Origin: the human T2T-CHM13v2.0 reference genome, Homo sapiens
Assembly (NCBI RefSeq): GCF_009914755.1
Contig: NC_060947.1
Direction: 5' to 3' (one strand)
Length of the DNA stretch: 64,000 nucleotides
Part shown: positions 53,057 through 64,000 of the stretch, piece by piece
Numbering within the stretch: position 1 is the stretch's first letter
Layout: the number at the start of each line of letters is the position of its first letter
Program-made: the position numbers and the translations under genes
The notes under the pieces: model-generated
Told to the model about the DNA's origin: nothing
The model's input: the letters and a program-made list of their open reading frames with translations, nothing else
Databases searched by the model: none

Positions 53057-54427
53057 TTTTCACATTTATAATGAGCATTATAGCCTAGTGTCCGGCTAGG
53101 ATTGAGACAAGCAGGGCACTGGTGACCTTTAGAGATGCTTTTGCTCATTCACAAGAATTTGATCCAGGCCTGTAAGGTGCAGGAATTGTGACTGTGATGC
53201 AGATGTAAAGCTGATGAGCAGTAAGACCTTTGCATTGAAGGCACATGCAGTCAGGTAGGGGACGGAGAGGATAGTACACAAATGGGCAACGAGAGGAGAA
53301 CATGGCAGAGAGGGAGGTAAGAGTTCCTCCCCTTCCCACCCAAGAGGGTGCATGTGAATGGGGATCTCTGGACTTCAGGCCCTGGCTTCTCAACAAGATG
53401 AAGTGAAAACCACCCCACTCTCTTTCTGTCTTTAGTCACCCGTTGCACCTGTGAAAAATAGTCAGGTCTTTATTTTTCTTCTTCCTTGCAGGATGCAGGG
53501 GACACAGGGCTTGGCTCAAAAGTGTTGACGTCCCTTCCTTCTCAGTGGCAAGGATAGTGTGTCTTATAGACCAGGGTGTCTGGGCTGCAGTGAGAAGTGG
53601 CCATCCTGGGGCAGCCCTGAGTGGGCCTCGGGCCCTTCCCTCCCAGACCCGGGAAGGGCACCACTGAAGAATCAAAACAGGTGAAGAGTCAGAAAGGGCC
53701 CCTATAGGAGCAAGAGGGAGACCAGCCCAGAGAACAAAGGAGTTATCTGGAAGAAAGGGTTGGTGGATGCTGGGCCCTGACTGCCCAGTGTTCCTCTGGT
53801 GCTTATCTCATCCCCTCCTGGTTCTCAAAGCAATCTCGCCATCAAGGAGTTTCCATGGTGACGGCAGTCATTCTTGATCCCTCCCACCGTCCAGCTGATT
53901 TTCGGAGGCATCTGGTGAGAGTGGGGAGGGGGTCGGAAAAGAATAACGCATTGGATTTTTGCCACCCTCTGTCTCTTGGTGTCCTTCTGAGGGGGAGAGA
54001 GCAGGGGCAAGGCTGGCAGTGGTGTAGGCTGGGGTGGGGGATGAAGGCATTTGTGATACCCTTCACCTCCTGTGTTCTCCTGAGTCCCATGACTAGCATG
54101 GCAGCCGATTATTCTTACTACTCATTCCTGATTGTCTTTTTGTTCTTTTCCTTCCCATTGTTTAAGCCTCTGTTCTGAAATGTACCCTCTGATGCAGGCT
54201 GCAGGGAGAAGATGTCTCAGAGCAGCCAGGAAGTTGCTGCAAGGTTTGAGTCAGGCAGCTCAGGCTCCTCTCCTCAAAACCATTCCAACTCCAAATTTGT
54301 CAATAAAAGGAAACCTGACAACTGTGGTTAATGACAGGAGCCTTAGTTGCTTTGTTCCTCTCTACCCATGAAGGTCACAGAGAACAGGGAGAGATTGGAC
54401 CAGATGGTTCACAGGACAAGTGGTCTG

Positions 54428-54545
54428 TCTTGACCCAGAGTGGGCACACATAAAGGAATCTCTCAGTGTTCCCAAGCAATCAGCAGTCTCTTGACCCAGA
54501 ATGGGTACACATAAATGAACAATTCCATGTTCCCAAGCAGTCAGC
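54428..54545. repeat. 61-bp tandem duplication (2 diverged copies)
   Basis: TCTTGACCCAGA.TGGG.ACACATAAA.GAA...TGTTCCCAAGCA.TCAGC at 54428 and 54489. Confidence 0.9.
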
Positions 54546-55039
54546 TCTGAAGTATCTCAGCAATCTAGCACTATTGGGTCAGCAAACCACCTGGGCTCCT
54601 TCCAACTCTAAGCAAAAAATGTGCCTAAAGAAGTGAAACATATCACTTGTGCCAGCGATGTTAAAGGTGCTCCATCCAGGCTAACACAAGTACAAAAATT
54701 CTTAATAATTCTTGGTATTTGTCAGAGAGCCCCCACCTTTTATCAATGTAACCCTGTGAAGTTTCACTTTACAAATAACAACAAAGACATATCCCGTAAA
54801 CTAGAATGAAAATACTGTGTAGATTTTGTGTGCGCTTTGGTAACAATGACTCCCAATGAGTCAGGTGTTCCTGTGAAAACACCATTTTGCAATGAGACTT
54901 TTTGTCTCTCTCCTTTCAGGGTTTGAATTCATTTCCTTATGCGGTGATGCTGGCTTGGTTATTTTGATCAGTGAAATCTTTCTGATGTGACATTGCTCAC
55001 TTTCCTAGGCTGAGTCCTAAGATGTTTCACAGTTTCTGT

Positions 55040-55325
55040 CTTTGCCCTTTTGGAGTCTTGAGCTCCCCACGCTGAGAACAATTCCAGAATGAAAGACCAG
55101 CTGGAGGGAGAGGCCCAGCCATGCTAGCTGTTCCTGCCATTCCAGTTGGAACTGCATCCTTGTGAGGGGGCATTCTAGACCACCCCAGAGTAGATGTCTG
55201 TAGTTGCATGTTTGAGCCCAGGTGAGCCTAAGCAGAAGAAACTCCCAGTGAACTCACTGAATCATAGAAAACTGTAATCACTGTTTTCTGGCACTGTGGT
55301 TCAGGATGGAATGCAGCCATAGGTT
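55040..55325 (+). mobile_element. Old MLT1-type LTR fragment
   Basis: ccagccatgctagctgttcc..agcagaagaaactcccagtgaac..gaatcat. Confidence 0.5.
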
Positions 55326-55384
55326 GAGTATCAGGTTTGATCCTCTTTAGTCTTGCGTGTAAGTATCCTTTCGTGTTACAGTAT

Positions 55385-55540
55385 AACCCTAGGATCAGAC
55401 TACGGACTTGGTTCACAGCATTAAACAACTTATTTAACTTCTCTAAGCTGCATTCTTTATCTGTAAGTTCATGATAAAAATAACTACTGCCTTCTGAGGG
55501 TTTTGAGTGGATTAAATGTGATAATACATGTATGTTCTTA
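55385..55540 (+). mobile_element. MIR SINE
   Basis: acttatttaacttctctaagc..ttatctgtaa..gagtggattaaatgtgataatacatgta. Confidence 0.6.
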
Positions 55541-56479
55541 ATGAAAAAAATTATGGAACAAAATCTAAGAAAAAGAAAATACTATTTAAAATGGAATATT
55601 TTAGTAAATCTGAAAGTAGAAAACACTTAGAAAACATTTAAAATATTTAAAATGCTAAAAAAGTCAGAAATCAATCAGAAAAATATTGTATGATAGAATG
55701 AAACAGCACATAAAACCATGTTTCACAATTATTAGGCTAATGTTTTTATAAAACATTCATGATGCATTATTTGAAATCATTTATAAGAAAATGGCACAAA
55801 ATTGTTGACCCCATCCTAAAACCTAAGTATAAATACAGATAAATGTGTGGAAAGATCCACATCTAAATTTTATCAAACACTGTATCCACATTATGATGTT
55901 ACTGGAATTATTTCATTACTGCTATTCATGTTTTTCACACCTTGTATGTGCTTTCCACATTGTTCTGTAATAAATAGGAATTATCCTCATGGTCTGAAAA
56001 AGAAATACATCAATAAAAATGTAGTTTTCTTTGGCAGAATTCTGATATAAGAATAACTCGGACAGGTGTAAAAGTTGTTTTTGGCAGTTATTTTTCCTCT
56101 TTTGAGCTTCCTGAATCTATATATACTCAGCCTGTTCAGTTAGAGTTCTTGCCTTTCCATGTTCCTGACTCCTAAGCCGAACACATTTTAATTTATTATA
56201 TATTATGAGGATAAACTAATATATTCACATTAACGAGGTGACGAAATTATAGTATAGCAAGGAAGGTCCAGAATGAATACGTAAACATTAAACCAGGGTT
56301 TTTCATGTGCTAGGACTACAACACAGATCAAAACAGCTTCAACACATGCTAACAGAACTGACATTTTAAAACACAGATAATTTTTACAAAGTAACTAGTA
56401 AAATACTTAGTATACACAGGAGTGCTAAATTATATGTAGTTATTTATGCTGGATATATGTTATATGTAATTCAATAATG

Positions 56480-57189
56480 TGATAAATATTTTTATTCTGT
56501 AATTTGCCTTTTTATTATCTCAGTGGTCTTATTTGAAGACGTCTTAATTTTTTCAAAGTCTATTTTATCAATTTATTTTTAATAAATTTTATTTTTATAT
56601 TTTGATATCATATGTAATAATTTAATGGTCAAAAATATTTTCTCTCATTTTTTTCATGCAATTTGATAGTTTGACGTTTTGGCTTAAGATTGTGTTAATT
56701 TCTGTATGTGGTTTGAAATACGATCAAGGTTCATATTTTTTATATATCTCACATTTCCCAGCATCTTACTGTTTAAATACTATCATTTCTTCATTAGATT
56801 GACTTTACAGCTTAGTCAAAATGAATTGGTGACATATATGGATATTTCTGGTCCTTCTATTTGTCCATCCTTTCTTCAGTACCACAGTACATTGGGTAAT
56901 CTAATTAGACAGTAAATCTGGAAATTACAAGTGTAAATTTTCCAGCTTTGTGATTCTCTTTCAGATTGTTTTGGATATTCTAGTTTATTCGCCTTTTATA
57001 TCAGTTTTAGAATCATCTTGCTAATGTCTACAAATATTTTTCTGGGACATTGGTTGGAATTGTATTACTTCTAGAGATTAATGGAAGTCTAAAAGTCTAT
57101 AGATTTGAATCCTTCAATCCATAAATATGATAGTCCTCGCCACTTAATTAGTATTTTTTTTTAGTATATTTACAGTTTTAGCATACAGA
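56480..57189 (-). mobile_element. Ancient L1M ORF2 fragment
   Basis: tccagctttg..ttggatattctag..tcagttttagaatc..ttggaattgtatt. Confidence 0.6.
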
Positions 57190-57662
57190 TGTTTTGGGGT
57201 TTCTATTGATACTGTAATAAATTGCCACAGATTTAGTTGTTTACAACAACACAAATTTATTATATTAGAGTCTAAAGGTCAAAAATCTAAATTAGGTTTC
57301 TCTTGGCTAAAATGAAGGCATTGGCAGGGCTTTGTTCCTTCTGTTGGCTCTAGAGGAGAATCTACTTGATTGTCTTTAGAAGATTCTAGTTACTTTCTCC
57401 ATTCTTTGGCTCATGGCCTTTACCTCTACCTCTAGTCAATACTATAGTATTTTGCAATGTTTCTCATTCTAACCACCTTTCTCCAACGTATAAGGGCCCT
57501 TGTGATAATGTTGGGCTCACCTAGATAATCTAGGATAATCCCAATCTCAAAATATTTAATAACATCTACAAATTTTCTTCTACAATAAAATATGATGCTT
57601 ACGAGTTCAGGGGTTACATTGTGAACATTGTTTGGGCGGGGGCTGTTACTCTGCCTACCACA
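57190..57662 (-). mobile_element. MLT1C/D-like MaLR LTR
   Basis: ctgtaataaattgccacagatttag..acaacaacacaaatttatt..ggctctagaggagaatc..ctgcctaccaca. Confidence 0.8.
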
Positions 57663-58485
57663 GAGATCTTGTAATTTTTTCTTAGAGTTTCAAATAAATA
57701 TTTTATGTTCATATTTTATTTTTCAATTAGCTTGATTTAATCATTGCATAATGTACACATATATCAAAACGTCATGTTGTACACCTTAAATATGATTTTT
57801 ATGTCAGTTAAACCTTAATAAATTGGAAGAAAAAAGGCTGAGTAATACAAAACAGTATTTCACTGAAAAAAAACACAAATACCAGTAAATATACTATTCT
57901 TTTGAGAAATCATAACAGAGGTATGATAACAACTAAATTCTCTTTTATTTCATTTTAAGATATCACTTAAAGTTATATAAGTAAACATGCATCACTATAA
58001 TACAGTTTTAGAAATTATATACTAAAAACAGTTATCACTTTGGAAAATTCTATGTACATACAGTATTGCAAAGTGACAAAATTTTTTTACTGTTCAGAAT
58101 GTTGCCCCCACCCCAAAAAGATTGTATGTATTCTATTATTACAATGGTTTTCATTATGGAAAAGATACTTCAACTGTTTTTTTTACTTTCAGACATTAAT
58201 GGTCTTATACATATTCATACATTCTGAATCTAAAAAAACATAAACCAAAATCCTGCCTGTAACCATATAGTAATTGTTTTTTATAGTTTTTCCCTTTCGG
58301 TGTTTATGCTGTAGCCTCTGTTTCAGTTGGAATCAAAATTGTATTAATCACTTACTATTTATAACATTTTTTACACATTTCCACAATATAAATAGCTTAT
58401 TTATAACCTACTTCCCAAACATGTATACTAGATTAATGCTGCAGATGGCCTTACATAGTCTGGTGCTTGTCTTTCTCTTGCATGT

Positions 58486-58577
<92 letters not shown>
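58486..58577. repeat. Compound (TC)n(TG)n microsatellite
   Basis: ~18 TC units followed by ~27 TG units. Confidence 0.97.
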
Positions 58578-58579
<2 letters not shown>

Positions 58580-59516
58580 ATTTCCCTCTATTTCTCTCCA
58601 TTAGGTTAAGAGTTAAGCGTCACCAAAAGAAAATGGGGAGAGAAGCCTAGGAGATATCTCTTGAGTATCAATTCTGTCATACCCTTCCATTCTTCAAATA
58701 TACTCTTAAAAAATGGGGAAAAAAGATAATTAAAAAGGGTGAAATATTCTTGGGTGGACTATGCTTAACCCTTCATAAATTGGTGACTGAAGGCTTTGAA
58801 AGGTATTTTAACAGTCAATGAGAAAATGTTTTAGTCTTTGACAGAAAATGGACACTGTGGATCAGCAATGAAGGGACCTGAGAGGCAGGAGAGCCTTTTG
58901 GGAGCACTAAAGGACAATCCTTGCAAATGATGACTAGTTGATAAGTGAAAAGAGTTTAGAGAATTGAGGAATCTGGAGTAAAATGTCTCAGCTGATGAAG
59001 AATGGCTGTGGCCTCTATACAACGTATTTCTTATTTGAGCCAAGCCTCATTTGGCAAAAGTAGATAAATTCTTAAGGAACCAAAGTGCATGCGTTTTCTC
59101 AGGAGTCCACAGTTCTTATGTGTAGTCGTCTAGAAGGCACAAAAAGTTCCTTGAAGTAGCCCAGCACTGAGGAGTGGGTGCACAGGATGCAAAACAGGCA
59201 TCACCATGCTCGCAGCTACAGCCCCATCCCTAGGGACACCACATATGCAGTGCATGCTGTACATTACTCTTCTCAGAAAGGTGAAATTTATATTTTAGTT
59301 CACATAAACGACACCTCCTTGAGAAAGGCACTGTACGCTGAATGGCTGAATGTGGCATCCCAGACCAAATGTTCCCTATTCATGCCGTTTTTATTCAAGT
59401 CCCTATAGGTGTATGCCTTCGCATGGCCACCAAGATTTATGCCAAGTAACAATGCAACTTCTAGCCCCTAGCGCTCCCCTTTTCACCCTGCCCTGAGTGA
59501 GATATTAACATGCAGA

Positions 59517-59670
59517 TTTTTGTTTTGTTTTGAGACGGAATCTGGCCCAGACTGGCATGCATTGGCGTGATCTTGGCTCACTGCAACCTCCGCCTCCTGG
59601 GTTCAGGTGATTCTGCCTCAGCCTCCTGAGTAGCTGGGATTAAAGCTGTGCACCACCATGAACAGCTAAT
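59517..59670 (-). mobile_element. 5'-truncated Alu (right arm only)
   Basis: Right-arm sequence with tail; TSD ATTAACA(T/C)GC(A/C)GATTTT on both sides. Confidence 0.88.
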
Positions 59671-59806
59671 TAACACGCCGATTTTTAGGCTGAGCAATGA
59701 TAGAGCTTTTCACTTCTCCTCTTTTTCAGAGGTGAGTTATCCTTGTCTGAATTATCCCATTGGTTTTCCTGTAATTTTGCTTGTCTCATTAAAAATCCTC
59801 AAAGTC

Positions 59807-60390
59807 TTTGCTATTGTGAATAATGCCGCAATAAACATACGTGTGCATGTGTCTTTATAGCAGCATGATTTATAGTCATTTGGGTTATATACCCAGTAAT
59901 GGGATGGCTGGGTCAAATGGTATTTCTAGTTCTAGATCCCTGAGGAATCGCCACACTGACTTCCACAATGGTTGGAACCAACCCAAATGTCCAACAATGA
60001 TAGACTGGATTAAGAAAATGTGGCACATATACACCATGGAATACTATGCAGCCATAAAAAATGATGAGTTCATGTCCTTTGTAGGGACATGGATGAAATT
60101 GGAAATCATTCTCAGTAAACTATCGCAAGAACAAAAAACCAAACACCGCATATTCTCACTCATAGGTGGGAATTGAACAATGAGATCACATGGACACAGG
60201 AAGGGGAATATCACACTCTGGGGACCGTGGTGGGGTGGGGGGAGGGGGGAGGGATAGCATTGGGAGATATACCTAATGCTAGATGACGAGTTAGTGGGTG
60301 CAGCGCACCAGCATGGCACATGTATACATATGTAACTAACCTGCACAATGTGCACATGTACCCTAAAACTTAAAGTGTAATAAAAAAAAA
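59807..60390 (+). mobile_element. Short L1PA2-type insertion with 5' inversion (twin priming)
   Basis: Inverted part 59807-59974, sense part 59972-60390. Perfect 16-bp TSD AAAAATCCTCAAAGTC. 3' UTR reads gatgacGAGttagtgggtgcagcgcacc (not the L1HS-Ta ACA). Confidence 0.95.
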
Positions 60391-60407
60391 AAAAATCCTC
60401 AAAGTCA

Positions 60408-60699
<292 letters not shown>

Positions 60700-60711
60700 T
60701 CTTCAGACTCA

Positions 60712-61023
60712 GCCGGGCATGGTGGCTCATGCCTGAATTCCCAGCTCTTAGGGTGGCCCAGGTGGGGAGATCACTTGAAGCCAGAAGTTTGAGACAATCC
60801 TGACCAACATGGTCAAACAAACATGGTAAAACACCATCTCTACTAGAAATACAAAAGTAGCCAGGTGTAGTGGCTTGCACCTGTAATCACAGCTACTCTA
60901 AGCTGAGGCAGGAGAATCACTTGAACCAGGAAGGCAGAGGTTGCAGTGAGCAGAGATGGTGCCAATGTACTCTAGCCTGGGTTACAGAGCGAGACCCTGT
61001 CTCAAAAAAACAAAAACAAAAAA
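60712..61023 (+). mobile_element. Older Alu (J/early S), tandem with the preceding Alu
   Basis: Full dimer; small internal duplication aacatggt; (CAAAAA)n tail. Confidence 0.92.
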
Positions 61024-61984
61024 CCCTTAAAATTACAGTTAAGTACAAAGGACCAACCACTCACTAAAGCTTTCTGTTGTCCTAAAACTCCAGCTGTGCT
61101 GCACAGACCTAAATTCCAACAGAAAAACCACAGAATACAACCACCTGGATGCAGAGAAGTGCAGAAGAGTCAGAGAAAACTAGGTTAGAGAGAGCAGAAA
61201 TTTAATTTCTTCTTCAGGCTATGCAGGGGGAAGAATCCATAGAAATTAATACGAGAGAGAGACGAGACAGATAATGGGCTGGAAGACAGGAAATGCTATT
61301 CTATTTCTCTTAGCTCCATGGTTCTTTATCGTTCATTTATTGGGGTGCTCTGTGTGTGTGTGTGTGGGCGGGGTGGTGTTATTAATAATTAATAAGATTT
61401 TTTAGCTTTAATATTTAGTGTTTGCATTAATATATTTTCCATCTTTTTACTTTTACCCAACTTTCACATAAGTCTTCATATTTAAAATGGGTTTGTTTGA
61501 CATAGTATATTAGTGGTTTCTTATTTTTATGTAATTTGACAATCTCTGTCTTAATAGAAGCATTTATATCATTTATATTAATACAATTATTTATATATGT
61601 GCATTTAAATCTACCGGTTTTCTAGTTGTTTTCTATGTTTCATCCTTTTCTAATTCCTATTTTCCTGTTTTTCTGCCTGATGGCAGACTCAGTATTTTTA
61701 TCATTCAGTTATATTTTCTGCACTCTTATTAGTTGGTCACTTAAAAAAAGATAGTGGTTGCTCTGGAGTTTCCAGTGTCCATATTTAATTCATCACAGTC
61801 TATCTTCAAAGAATATGATCCTACTTTTTGTATAGTTTAAAAATCTTATGATGGTATACTTACAATTCACCCCATCCTTTGTAATATATATGTTAATTAC
61901 TTTCATTAATGTTCTAATTCCCACATACATATTTATTCACACTGTTATCTGTTACTGACTGATTGAAAATAATAAAATAACCCC

Positions 61985-62457
61985 TGTATGAACCCCAAAA
62001 ATTTGAGGACAGGTCTCAGTTAATTTAGAAAGTTAATTTTTCCAAGGTTGAAGATGCACACCTGTGATCCAGCCTCAGGAGGTCCTGATGGCATGTGCCC
62101 GAGGTGATCAGAGCGCAGTTTGGTTTTATATATTTTAGGGAGTAATGAGACAGCGATAAAAATATGTAAAATGAACGTTGGTTTGGTCTGGTCCAAAAAG
62201 GTGGGAAAACTCGAAGTAAAAGTGGGACAACTCAAAGTAGGGAGGAGGCTTCCAGGTCACAAGTAGGTGAGAGACAAACGGTTGCATTCTTCTGACTTAC
62301 TAACCTTTCCAAAGGAGGTACTCAGATACACATTTATCTCAGTGAGCAGAGGGGTGACTATGAGTAAAATGGGAAGCAGGTTTGTCCTAAGCCGTTCCCA
62401 GCTTGAATTTTCCCTTTAACATAGTGATTTTGGGGCCCGAGATATTTCTGTTTCACA
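61985..62457 (-). mobile_element. MER4A/MER4A1 ERV1 solo LTR
   Basis: gaaccccaaaaatttgag..acaggtctcagttaatttagaaag..cagcctcaggaggtcctgatg..tttcaca. Confidence 0.88.
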
Positions 62458-62789
62458 TCCATATCGTCATCTTCATCATTTTCTGGGTTTTTAGTTTGTT
62501 CGTGTAGATTAGATTCATGTTTCTGCCCGGTATTTCTTTCTGCCTGAGGAAATGTGTTAACATGTCATGTAATGCATTTCTACTGGGGTGAATAATCTAA
62601 ATTTTCTTTGTCTGAAAAAAATTGTCATTTGTGTTTATTATAGAGATAATGTGAGTCCATCAAAATCAGTATTTATCTCTCAAAATTGTTTGCTTTTTTC
62701 TAACTGTAAATTTCTAAGAAATTTACACTTCCTATCTCTGTGCTAAAATTCCTCATTTGCTCATCCATGATGTCTACTTTTTCCAATAG

Positions 62790-64000
62790 TGATGTGGTTT
62801 GGATCTGTGCTCCTGCCTAAACCTCATGTTGAATTATAATCCCTAATGTTGGAGGTGGGGCCTGGTGGGAGTTGTTTGGATCATGGGGGTGAAATTCTCA
62901 TGAATGGTCTAGCACCATCCCTTTGGTGCTGTTCTCATGATCGTGAGTTCTCATGAGGTCTGGTTGTTAAAACGTGTGTAGCACCTCCCCAGCCTCTCTC
63001 TTCCTCCTGTTCTAGCCATGTGAGGTGCTAGCTCCTCCTTTGAATCTGCCATGGTTGAAAGTTTCCTGAGGCCTCCCAGCCATGCTTCCTGTACAGCCTA
63101 AAGAAGCATGAGCCAAATAAAGATACCTAAAAATGTGGAAACAGCTTTTGCATTGGGTAACAGGCAGAAGTTGAAACAGTTTGGAGGGCTCAGAGGAAGA
63201 CAGGAAGATGAAGGAAAAGTTGAAATTTCCTAAATACTTGTTAAATGGTTGTCATTAAATTGCTGATAGTGATATGGACACTGAGGGCCAGGCTGAGGAG
63301 GTCTCAGATGGAAATGAGGAACTTATGGGGAAGTGGAGTAAAGGTCACCTTTGTTATGGATTAGCAAAGAAACTAGTGGAATTGTGCCCCTGCCCTAGGG
63401 ATCTGTGGAACTTTGAGAGTCATGATTTAGGGTTTCTGGTAGAAGAAATTTCTAAGCAGTATGGCATTCAAGATGGGGCCTGGTTCCTTCTAATAACCTA
63501 TGCTCATGTGTGTCAACAAAAAAAGATAGAAAACTGGCACTTACTTACTTATATTTAAAAGGAAAGCAGAGTGTAAAGCTTTTGAAAATTTGCAGCCTGG
63601 CCAAATGGTAGAAAATAAAAACCCATTTTCTGGGGAGGAATTCAAGCCAGCTGCAGAAATCTCCTGAAGTTACAAGGAGCTGAATGTTAATAGCCAAGAC
63701 AATGGGGAGGCCTGAAAGGCATTTCAGACACCTCTGCAGTAACCCCTCCTCCCATCACGGTCTGAGAGGTTTGGAGGGGAGAATGCTTTCGTGGGCCACA
63801 CCCAGGGTCCCACTGCCCTGTGCAATGTCTGGACACTGCTTCCGATAGCCTGGGTGCTCCAGTGTCAGCCTCTGCCCAAAGGGCGCCCAATACAGCTCGA
63901 GCCACTGGTTCAGAGTGTGCAAACCATGAGCCTTGGTGGTTTCCACTTGGTGTTAAGCCTGTGGGTGCCCAGAGCAAGAGTTGAGTCTTGGGAGCCTTGG
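62790..64000 (+). mobile_element. MSTA/B MaLR 5' LTR (62790-~63120) plus MST internal sequence running off the window
   Basis: TGATGTGGTTTGG start. The LTR end and start of the internal region appear deleted (gagccaaataa|agatacctaaaaatgtgg). MaLR internal ORF remnant MDTEGQAEEVSDGNEEL.. Confidence 0.9.

Noticed and set aside
52915-54371. Cluster of short ORFs (60-107 aa) on both strands in GC-richer unique DNA
   Set aside because: No recognisable domain, many non-ATG starts, and overlapping frames; consistent with chance.
59841-60176. 111-aa ORF joining antisense L1 to the ORF2 C-terminus
   Set aside because: Chance in-frame join across the twin-priming inversion; starts at GTG and has no evident promoter.

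Overview
Primate (almost certainly hominoid/human) non-coding genomic DNA made up mostly of transposable elements. I find no credible host protein-coding gene, RNA gene or CRISPR array. Main elements: a heavily deleted HERV-H provirus (1216-4316, minus strand, TSD GTAGG) carrying a foreign LTR2B-like fragment; a solo LTR7 (7576-7997); a full-length L1PA3-type LINE-1 (11365-17710, minus) with an apparent ~175-bp 3' transduction; older L1PA, L1MA and L1M copies; a dense cluster of ERV1/MaLR solo LTRs; several Alus; a twin-primed L1PA2; and microsatellites. The region ~49.1-55 kb is largely unique DNA with plus-strand splice-site-like signals and may hold lncRNA exons. The most unusual structures are (i) a 301-bp MER50-derived element with two inverted U3 ends and an ATAT flank on both sides, (ii) the L1 3' transduction, (iii) one L1-endonuclease target site apparently hit three times, and (iv) an open, extended L1 ORF0 that runs into flanking DNA. 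Repeat subfamily names come from recalled consensus sequences, not from a database search. Coordinates of old, decayed repeats are approximate.
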